A DNA stretch of 64,000 bases from a virus (Duplodnaviria; Caudoviricetes): positions 9,593 to 73,592 of IMG/VR virus record IMGVR_UViG_3300010362_000015. One strand, given 5' to 3'. This document shows, piece after piece, positions 34,625 to 42,069 of this stretch. The notes under the pieces are model-generated. The model was not told the origin of the DNA, did no database searches, and saw nothing but the letters and a program-made list of their open reading frames with translations. How positions within the stretch are numbered: position 1 is the stretch's first letter; every line of letters begins with the position of its first letter. Position numbers and translations under genes: made by a program.

Positions 34625-35064
34625 TACGCGACCTCCACGAGCATGAGCCCGGGCATGACGTGGCGGCCCAGTTCGGTGCGCTGCGACCAATCGCCGCGGA
34701 AGATGCAGGTCACGCGCCCCTGCGTGCTGGCGCCCGATGAGTCGTAGTTGCTGCCCATGTGATGATTCGGCAGGACGTCGAAGGGATTGTAGAAGTAGAA
34801 GGGCCGCAGGCCGCCCTGCACCGTGACGTCGAAGAAGTTGTAGAGGGTGGCGAGCTGGCCGGAGTTGAGCCGTTTGGCCATCGTCCAGGTACGCAGCGCG
34901 CGCGGCGCGTTGACGCCGTCCTGGATGACGGAACGTTCGAGCGTCCCGTCGTTGTACATCATGACCAGCAGCGGGTAGGAGAGGGATTCGGCGAAGGAGG
35001 TGCAGAGGGATTGCGGCAGCACCGCACCAGCCGCAACTGACGCTGCAGCGAGGTTCCCGGGCAC
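34624..35064 (-). CDS. distal tail protein (Dit-like)
   Basis: LYNFFDVTVQGGLRPFYFYNP motif; lies between tape measure and tail tip. Confidence 0.7.
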   Translation of the reverse strand: MPGNLAAASVAAGAVLPQSLCTSFAESLSYPLLVMMYNDGTLERSVIQDGVNAPRALRTWTMAKRLNSGQLATLYNFFDVTVQGGLRPFYFYNPFDVLPNHHMGSNYDSSGASTQGRVTCIFRGDWSQRTELGRHVMPGLMLVEVA

Positions 35065-35089
35065 GATGCTGCTATTTTAGCTGGGGTTT

Positions 35090-35281
35090 TTACGCCGGGC
35101 GAGGCCGGATGGCAAAGATCTCGGCTGACGGATATACCCTGCGGATCGCTTCCATGTTCGATTCGTCCCGCCCGGGGAAGATATCATCCAGGCCGTGGTC
35201 GCACTCGATTTTCTGAGTGCGATTGTTCCAGGAGGCATATACTGCGAGGTCCATCTTGGGAAAGTAGATTGTGTAATTCAT
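35090..35281 (-). CDS. hypothetical protein (cassette 7, gene 2), 63 aa
   Basis: GGGGAG RBS, ATGA overlap. Confidence 0.7.
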   Translation of the reverse strand: MNYTIYFPKMDLAVYASWNNRTQKIECDHGLDDIFPGRDESNMEAIRRVYPSAEIFAIRPRPA

Positions 35282-35484
35282 CGGCCTTCTCCCCGGCGAG
35301 CGGTCATGCCGTGGTTGCCGTGGCTGTCCTCCACGCTGAGGCCGAGCGCCAGGGCCACTACGCGGAGCTGGCCCTTGGGGACGCCGCACTCGCGCGACGC
35401 CCTCGTCAGCGAAACCCAGCCGCGGCGACCGGCTGCCACTTCCTTCATCTGGTTGACCGCTTTGTCGTATGCTTCGTTCTTCAT
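35278..35484 (-). CDS. hypothetical protein (cassette 7, gene 1), 68 aa, possible HTH
   Basis: ATG 6 nt after the -10; WVSLTRASRECGVPKGQLRVVAL is HTH-like. Confidence 0.7.
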   Translation of the reverse strand: MKNEAYDKAVNQMKEVAAGRRGWVSLTRASRECGVPKGQLRVVALALGLSVEDSHGNHGMTARRGEGR

Positions 35485-35534
35485 ATTTTCAGGATAGAGC
35501 AGATGCATGCATGGCGCAACAGTCTTGGGGTGAA
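35482..35534 (-). promoter_or_regulatory. repeat promoter-operator copy 7 (inside the tail operon)
   Basis: TTTCACC-N9-TTGCGC-17-TATCCT-6-ATG; operator at 35501-35514. Confidence 0.85.
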
Positions 35535-35535
35535 A

Positions 35536-35811
35536 TCAGAACAGGATGTCGTCGGGGTGAGGCGTCCACAAGTCGGGCCGTTCGGGGTGCTCGTAGGGTT
35601 CGTCCGCTGCCTGGGGGAGATCATCCGCCTGGGGCTCATCGGCCTCGGGCTTATCGGCCTGATGGCGGATGTAGGAGGCGTGGTCGAACCAGGGCAGCTG
35701 GACTGCGCGAAACATGGTGTAATCGGCGTTCCAGACGAACTCGAAGCGGTTCGGGTTAAAGTTCTCGCACTCGCTCGCCGGGAACCACTTGCTGTTATCG
35801 TGTGTGCTCAT
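35536..35811 (-). CDS. acidic protein (cassette 8), 91 aa, C-terminus PDDILF
   Basis: ATG 6 nt after the -10 TAGACT; Asp/Glu/Pro-rich tail. Confidence 0.75.
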   Translation of the reverse strand: MSTHDNSKWFPASECENFNPNRFEFVWNADYTMFRAVQLPWFDHASYIRHQADKPEADEPQADDLPQAADEPYEHPERPDLWTPHPDDILF

Positions 35812-35862
35812 ATTCAAAGTCTAACGTCGGATGCATGTATCTGGCAAGAGGCTTTGGGTGAA
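35809..35862 (-). promoter_or_regulatory. repeat promoter-operator copy 8 (directly after the tape measure stop)
   Basis: TTTCACC-N9-TTGCCA-18-TAGACT-6-ATG; operator at 35829-35842. Confidence 0.85.
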
Positions 35863-35864
35863 AT

Positions 35865-38800
35865 CTAGGCGGCGATGCTGCCCGGCTCGCTCATCATCAG
35901 CGCCTGGGGCACGCGGCCTGCAGATCCCGACATAGCCGAGGCATACTGCGCCTGCACCACGTCGGGCGTCACCACGTTGCCCTGCAGGAAGCTGGCGGTG
36001 TCCTGACCGGCGATGTTGAGGGAGAGGGACAGGTTGCCGTAGTTGCCGGTCGAGCCGCCGCCGTAGGTCGGCAGGTTGGACCGGTAGGTGTACGGGTTGC
36101 CGTACTGATAGCTGGCCTGCTGATACATGGCACCGCCCGACTCCACCAGCGACGCGCCGTGAGGCGTCGAGAGGCCCTGCGGGAATTGAGCGGCCTGCCC
36201 GGTGCCCGCGGCATACAGGCCCAACATCTGGCGCACCTCGGGCGAACGCACGGCCACCGAGACGTGACCGCCGTAGGACTGGTTGGCGATGCTCACGATC
36301 TGGTCTGCCGACTGGTTGTTGATCGAGATGTGATAGACCTGCTGCACCAGCCGCTTGGCCTCATTGCGCGGAGACTCCACGCCGAAGATCTTCTCGCCGA
36401 TTCCGATGCCCAGGCCTGCGGCCAGCCCGACGCCCGCGCCGATCAGAGTGCCGATGCCCGGCATGATCATGGTGCCGATGCCCGCGCCGGTGAGCATGCC
36501 GCCCAGGCTCGACTCCAGAATTCCACCGGCAGTCCCGCGGCGCTGGCCCAGGATGCCCGCCATGGCGAGCGGTATGCCAATGCCCATCTCCAGCTGCGCC
36601 CCGGCCTGCGAGGTCAGCACACCGGCGAATTTGCCGCCGATACCCATGCTCCCGGCAGCGCGCGTAACGCCCGATGCGAGGTTGATGTTCTCATTCCAGA
36701 AACTGGACTTGAGCGCGTTCAGCCAGCCCGCCGGGTTGAAACCGCCGCCGCCACCACCGCCGCCACCTCCACCGCCTGCACTCCAGCCGATCCCTGCGGC
36801 CCTGTCGCCCCCGAGGTCTGACATATATCCGCCCAGCGCGGATGTGGAGAGGATGTCCAGCGGCCTCGTCGGCAGACCGGCGATCCCGGCGCTGGTGGTA
36901 ATGCCGCTTGAATAGTCGCCCGGGCTGGGGCCGAAATACATGTTCGGCCCGGTCATGGCGGGACCTTGCAAGCTCGACGGGTACTCATCGTAAGCAGGAG
37001 GGAAATACGTGGACGGAATCCCGTGCTGCGTAAGCCATTGCCGGGCCTCGTCAGGCCCGCTCAGAGTGACAGGATGCGCCGATCCCTGCGGCATCACGAT
37101 GGGCTCGACGCCCTTCGTCCAGTCAGGCATATGGCGGCTCGCGCCGCCGATGCCACTGCCGCCGCCGCCGTTAGTGACATGCACCGGCACCGATCCGTCG
37201 GGCGTGAGATGCACGTCTTGCAGCTTGCCGCCGCCGAGGCCGAACATGTTGCGGAATCCGCCTGCGATGCCGCCGGTGCCGCTCTCGCCGAAGATCAGCG
37301 GATGCAGCGCACGCGCGGCCAGCTCGCTCAGGCCGCTGGTAATCGGTTTGAGCGTCGCCTCGGTGATGGTGCTGCGGAACTGCTGGCCGAACTTCGACGG
37401 GTCGGTGAACAACGTATGGAACAAGGGCTCGACCGTGGATTTGATCTCGCCCATCTGCTGCTTCATTTCGGTGGCCCACGCTTCGGCGTATTTGTTCTGC
37501 GCCTCGGCCACCTCAGCCGCATGCGTGAGCCGCAGCTTCTTCAATTCGATTTCGCGGTTCCGCTCGTCGGTGTATTCATCGGCAATCTTCGCCCGGCGGT
37601 TTCGGAACTCTTCGTCCGCGTCCTGAATTTTCGCGTCGCGGATGCGCGCCTCTTCCGCCAGCCGCGTCTCGATGGTCTGCGGGCCGAGCAAATAGTTCAC
37701 GCGCGCGGCGCCCTCGGCCCGCGTGAGTTCGAGCTTGCGGTTGGCGGCCAGCATCTCCTCGCCCAGCTTGATGAATTCCGCAGAGGTTTTGCCGGTGGTT
37801 TCGGCCCAGATCTTCTGCTGCCGCTGGAAGGCCTGATTCTGCTCGTTGAGCCAATTGGCGGTCTGCCGCGCGAACTGCTCGGGCGTGACCGGCTCCTTAT
37901 CCACGATCCCGGCGATGCGCTCGGATTCCGCACGCGCCGCGCCGACGGCCCGCTGAATTCTCAGCCGGTTCTCTTCGGCCAGCCGGGGCCCTTCGAGCGC
38001 CCGCTCGCGCGCGATCAAGTCGGGGAAGTTGCGATACTGAGCCGCAAAATCCAGCATCCTCTTCTCGGTTTCGGGCATGCCGTAGGGGTGCTTCCTCTTT
38101 TCCTCCTTCTCATATTCCAGGCGCGCGATGATCTCCTCCGCGGTCTTGCGGTCGGCCACGGCCTTGCGCATATCCTCAACGAGCTTTTTCTGCTCCCTCA
38201 ATTCCTTGGTTATTTCCTTATAGTGGGTGACATCTCTGACCAGTCCTGCTGAGGCCTCCGTCCGGGCCTCGTTCCACTGCTTTTGGAGTTCCTGTAATTT
38301 CGCTTCCTGCTCTTCGAGCGTGGCGCCCTCGCGATGCATGTAGTCGATGGTCGATTGAAATACCATCGGCGGGCGCCCGGCGCGCTGCACATCATGCGAC
38401 AGATCCTGTAACCGCTGGAGGCCTTGCTCCGCTGCCTGCCTCGCTCCCCGCATGAAGAATTCGTCGCCCTGCTTGCCGAGTGCGCCTCCTCCTACGGGCC
38501 GGTCGGGCTCCTCCTTCTCCATCACCATCCGCAGCGTGAAGATGAACGGCTTCGCGAGAGTCTCTTCGACGCGCAGGATGAACTGATCCCACATCGTCCC
38601 GGCCAGCTTGATTTCCTTGTTCACTTGAACGAACTGATCGATGGTTTTTTCGCCCATGAACTGGACGCCTTCGGTGCGCTTGATGCTGTCGCTCATCTCC
38701 GTCAGCACCGGCAGCGCGTCGATACCGGCGCGTTTGAAGAGGTCGATAGCCTCCTTGTTCCGCATCCAGAGATTGGGCTGCCGTTCCAGGCCGGAGCCGA

Positions 38801-39653
38801 CCTGTTTGAGCAGGTCCATAGTGCCGATATAACCCTGCCTCAGGGCGATCACATCCACGCCCATGCCCTGCAGGACTTGGCGGGCCTTCTGGCCTTTGGA
38901 GCCCTGGTCCTCCACAGCCTGGGTGAGCCCGCGCATCATGCGGTTGAGTACGCCGACATCCTGGCCGGTCACCTTGGCCGCATATTCAAACTGCTGCACC
39001 TCCTTCGCGCTCATGCCGGTGACGATTGCCGTGTCATGGATTTTCTGGGAGTAGTCGGCAACCGCCGTGGCGGCCTTCATCGAAGCGATTTCAATCGCAG
39101 CGAATGTGCCCGCCATCCCGGCCAGCGCTCCGGCTGCACCGGCGACTCCGGCGAACCCTCCAGTGCCTCCAATGGCCGACCACAGGCCCCTGCCGATCTG
39201 CATCTCACCCGCACCGATGCGCCCCTGGAAGATATCGCGCGCGCCCTGAACGAACGGAGAAGCCCCCAGCCCCTTCTTGGCTTCGTCCTCGCGCTTCTTC
39301 TCGACGTCGATCATCTTCTGGTAGGCGGCGGTGACGCGCTTGATGGCCTCCTCTTCATTGCCCAAGCGCTTGATGTGCTGGTCGCGCAGTGCGATCAGTT
39401 TCTCGACGCCCGAGCGCCCATAGGCCGCCGCCGCTTTTTCGAGCGACTCGATGTGACGCTTCTGGGCCGCCTGCGCGCGGTCGGTGACGGTGACTACGGA
39501 TTTCGCGAACTCCTCGTAGCCCTTCTGCATGCGCTCCGCAGCGCCGGTCACGCCCTTGGCCACGTCCGCGGAGGCCGCCTGCATTTCTTTCATCGCGCGC
39601 AGGATCGCCGTGTTATCGAACTTATAAACGATGTCTACCGGCGAAGGACCCAT
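35865..39653 (-). CDS. tape measure protein, 1262 aa
   Basis: Long Ala/Gly-rich helical ORF downstream of the tail chaperones; Gly-rich C-terminus. Confidence 0.88.
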   Translation of the reverse strand: MGPSPVDIVYKFDNTAILRAMKEMQAASADVAKGVTGAAERMQKGYEEFAKSVVTVTDRAQAAQKRHIESLEKAAAAYGRSGVEKLIALRDQHIKRLGNEEEAIKRVTAAYQKMIDVEKKREDEAKKGLGASPFVQGARDIFQGRIGAGEMQIGRGLWSAIGGTGGFAGVAGAAGALAGMAGTFAAIEIASMKAATAVADYSQKIHDTAIVTGMSAKEVQQFEYAAKVTGQDVGVLNRMMRGLTQAVEDQGSKGQKARQVLQGMGVDVIALRQGYIGTMDLLKQVGSGLERQPNLWMRNKEAIDLFKRAGIDALPVLTEMSDSIKRTEGVQFMGEKTIDQFVQVNKEIKLAGTMWDQFILRVEETLAKPFIFTLRMVMEKEEPDRPVGGGALGKQGDEFFMRGARQAAEQGLQRLQDLSHDVQRAGRPPMVFQSTIDYMHREGATLEEQEAKLQELQKQWNEARTEASAGLVRDVTHYKEITKELREQKKLVEDMRKAVADRKTAEEIIARLEYEKEEKRKHPYGMPETEKRMLDFAAQYRNFPDLIARERALEGPRLAEENRLRIQRAVGAARAESERIAGIVDKEPVTPEQFARQTANWLNEQNQAFQRQQKIWAETTGKTSAEFIKLGEEMLAANRKLELTRAEGAARVNYLLGPQTIETRLAEEARIRDAKIQDADEEFRNRRAKIADEYTDERNREIELKKLRLTHAAEVAEAQNKYAEAWATEMKQQMGEIKSTVEPLFHTLFTDPSKFGQQFRSTITEATLKPITSGLSELAARALHPLIFGESGTGGIAGGFRNMFGLGGGKLQDVHLTPDGSVPVHVTNGGGGSGIGGASRHMPDWTKGVEPIVMPQGSAHPVTLSGPDEARQWLTQHGIPSTYFPPAYDEYPSSLQGPAMTGPNMYFGPSPGDYSSGITTSAGIAGLPTRPLDILSTSALGGYMSDLGGDRAAGIGWSAGGGGGGGGGGGGFNPAGWLNALKSSFWNENINLASGVTRAAGSMGIGGKFAGVLTSQAGAQLEMGIGIPLAMAGILGQRRGTAGGILESSLGGMLTGAGIGTMIMPGIGTLIGAGVGLAAGLGIGIGEKIFGVESPRNEAKRLVQQVYHISINNQSADQIVSIANQSYGGHVSVAVRSPEVRQMLGLYAAGTGQAAQFPQGLSTPHGASLVESGGAMYQQASYQYGNPYTYRSNLPTYGGGSTGNYGNLSLSLNIAGQDTASFLQGNVVTPDVVQAQYASAMSGSAGRVPQALMMSEPGSIAA

Positions 39654-40132
39654 CAGGCGACCTGTGATTCGGACGTCTGTGTCTGGATGACCGGTCGGCG
39701 TTCCAGCACGCCGCGGACAGCCGTCACCAGCGCTTCGTTATCGCTGGGCGACATGCCCCACATGTGATCCCACTTGTTGCGGATCTGGATGATGCGCAGC
39801 GCCTCCATCGACACCGGCCCGACTGTTGCCATATCCTCGGAAACCGTCTTGACCTTGAGCGCTTGCAGCGTGCGCCCGCGCAGCGTCCAGTCGCGGTACG
39901 GCGCCCCGCTGTATTTGCGCAGGCCGCCCAGCGCCACATACCGGCCCTGGCGTTTCTCGACGGCGTACTTGTCCGAGAGCGGCCTCGCGATTCCGTCTTG
40001 GATATCATGCACCGATTTGATGCGCTCGACCACATGGTTGAGCGTCTTCTGCGCGATGGCCATCATGTCCTCAGCCGAGAACGGGCTGAGCGTGAATTTC
40101 ACCCGGGTGATCTTGGCCTGGAAAAACGGCAT
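39653..40132 (-). CDS. virion morphogenesis / tail completion protein (Mu gpG/P2 gpS-like)
   Basis: RPLSDKYAVEK...WTLRGRTLQAL...ATVG...WGMSPSD pattern. Confidence 0.55.
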   Translation of the reverse strand: MPFFQAKITRVKFTLSPFSAEDMMAIAQKTLNHVVERIKSVHDIQDGIARPLSDKYAVEKRQGRYVALGGLRKYSGAPYRDWTLRGRTLQALKVKTVSEDMATVGPVSMEALRIIQIRNKWDHMWGMSPSDNEALVTAVRGVLERRPVIQTQTSESQVA

Positions 40133-40229
40133 TTTGAGGCCTCCCGTGTCCCCTCCATTCTACTCGCGGGCAGGCCGTTTATCCCCTTGAAACTCTGGCC
40201 GGAGGCTCGATAGTTGTTACCCTGCCGGT

Positions 40230-40613
40230 ATGAGAACGGCCTCGGGCATTATTATCGGCATCATCCTGGCGTTCGGGGCGGTGATCGCGATCCACTACGC
40301 ACTGCAAGACCCCGACCCAGGACCTCGCACCGTATCAGTAACCTATGAGAGCGTCTACCATACTCCATCAGGCCGCCTCTGCGCCGATGACGACGTGGCG
40401 CGGCAACTCCTGCACGGCGTCCAGGCGGGCGAGGAACCTTGCGTGAGAGATGCGAAGCTGCACAAAACAGAGGTCGCGCTGCCCCGAAAAACCACCGAAG
40501 AACTGCGTGTGGAATATATGTGCGGCATGCTCCGTCGGAAGAAACTCGCCGATCTGACGGTGGACGAATGGCACACGGTGCAACTCTGCGAAACCGCGGG
40601 CGCCGGTCGCTAA
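40230..40613 (+). CDS. membrane-anchored or secreted moron protein, 127 aa
   Basis: N-terminal hydrophobic IIIGIILAFGAVIAIHYAL; opposite strand; TGtTACCCT extended -10 lies 6 nt before the ATG. Confidence 0.7.
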   Translation: MRTASGIIIGIILAFGAVIAIHYALQDPDPGPRTVSVTYESVYHTPSGRLCADDDVARQLLHGVQAGEEPCVRDAKLHKTEVALPRKTTEELRVEYMCGMLRRKKLADLTVDEWHTVQLCETAGAGR

Positions 40614-41094
40614 CGCCGCTGCTGCATCTCGCGTAACCGCCGCTGCTCCTCGCGCCGCTGCTCGGCCTTCTCGCGCGTCTCCTTCTCCCACCGGAAGCGC
40701 TCGTTCCTGAAAATCTTGAGGCCCTCGCGAAGGTCGGCGGGCACCGAGCCGGGATCGACGCCGTAGTGCTCTGCGTCGAAGTCATGCTCCAGCACTCGCT
40801 CCAATAGCTGGCCGGTGGCCGTGTGCTCGCGGTAGTATTGCACCTCGTTCACTGCGCAGGACTCGCAGCGATTGACGGTCGCGGCCCGCTGGCGGCAGGA
40901 GGGGCAGGCCTCGACCACGGCCACATCTTCAGGCTTCCACTCGTGATCGCAGCTGACGCAGTGGACCGTGTCGGCCAGCGGGCAGCCCGATGCACCTTCC
41001 TCCTCGCCGCCGCGGCACATTTCTTCGGCGCGCAGCACGCGGAAGATCAGCAGCCGGAGAGGCAGAGGCTGCGGCCATTCATCCGGCTCTATAA
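40610..41094 (-). CDS. tail assembly chaperone, -1 frameshift extension (lambda gpT-like)
   Basis: The -1 frame is open from the slippery site (LIEPDEWPQPLPLRLLIFRVLRAEEM) into ORF 40610-41038. Confidence 0.75.
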
Positions 41095-41796
41095 GTTTGG
41101 GTCGAGCGGCGGGTCGAGATTGAAGATCTCGTTGGAGACTTCGATGGCCACGTTGCGCTTGTGATGCGGCGGGATGTTGGGCAGCAGCGCCCTCATCTCA
41201 GCGGTCCCGGCCTTGCACAGATTGTGGTTGCCGTTCATCGAGGCAGCGGGAACGTTGAACACCGGCGCGTAGCCTTCAACCGACAGGATGATCGCGTCGT
41301 AGAACTGCACCGGCACGTCGGGCGGGAAGCGCTGCTCCTCGACGTCATGCGGCAGCTGGCGCGTCTTGTAGAGATTGTCGCGGTAGGCCTGCAGCTCCGC
41401 GCGCGTGGGCATGCGCAGGCGATGCACGAGACGGCCCCCGATGCTCGCTACGGTGACCACGAACTCGTTGCCGTCCTGTTCGGTCGAGAGCGTCTCCTGC
41501 GCCAGGATGCGGGTGAGCGCGTAGTCCACTTCCGCGGGGTCGAACTCCTCGCCCTTGTCGATGCGGATCTTCTGGAAGAGCTTGCGCTGCGACTCCTTGT
41601 TCTCGGCGTTCTGGCTCTCCGAGCGGCCCCGGCCCAGGCGGCGCGTGAGCAGGCGCACGGTCGAGACGTAGGCCGTGATCTCCTCCGACGTCGGCAGGCG
41701 CAGCACGGCGGTCTTGGGCGGATTCTGAATCACCACCGGAAAGCCGGGGATCTCCTCGCCCGTCTCCGTCTTGATCAGTGGCAGTTCACCGTACAT
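41089..41796 (-). CDS. tail assembly chaperone (lambda gpG-like)
   Basis: Lies between tail tube and tape measure; ends at a slippery heptamer. Confidence 0.75.
   Translation of the reverse strand: MYGELPLIKTETGEEIPGFPVVIQNPPKTAVLRLPTSEEITAYVSTVRLLTRRLGRGRSESQNAENKESQRKLFQKIRIDKGEEFDPAEVDYALTRILAQETLSTEQDGNEFVVTVASIGGRLVHRLRMPTRAELQAYRDNLYKTRQLPHDVEEQRFPPDVPVQFYDAIILSVEGYAPVFNVPAASMNGNHNLCKAGTAEMRALLPNIPPHHKRNVAIEVSNEIFNLDPPLDPNL
41095..41101 (-). other. programmed -1 ribosomal frameshift site C CCA AAC
   Basis: X XXY YYZ heptamer in frame (GAC CCA AAC TTA TAG), one codon before the stop. Confidence 0.8.
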
Positions 41797-41797
41797 A

Positions 41798-42055
41798 TCA
41801 GTCCACCGGCGCGATCAGGCCGCGGTTGAAGTCCCGCTCCAGCAGGTCGGGCCGGGAGTACAAGGTCGCAGTTGCGGCGTCGTAGGGAATGGTCGCGCCC
41901 TTGGCGTAAGTCGCACCGGCATAGTTGTAGTTGTCGCGCCGCGGCGCATACTGCTGCGTGCCGTTGACCTCGAAGCAGCGGTATTGCGCGGGCGTAAGGG
42001 TTTTGATAAATCGGCGGATGCCGACGTTAACCTTGCTAAAAGCCCCTGCGGGCAT
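41798..42055 (-). CDS. hypothetical tail-region protein, 85 aa
   Basis: GAGGAGG RBS before ATG 42055. Confidence 0.7.
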   Translation of the reverse strand: MPAGAFSKVNVGIRRFIKTLTPAQYRCFEVNGTQQYAPRRDNYNYAGATYAKGATIPYDAATATLYSRPDLLERDFNRGLIAPVD

Positions 42056-42069
42056 GTGGGCCTCCTCGC

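Noticed and set aside
41038-41101. Sequencing error or pseudogene splitting the chaperone
   Set aside because: A canonical slippery heptamer at the expected locus explains the frame change
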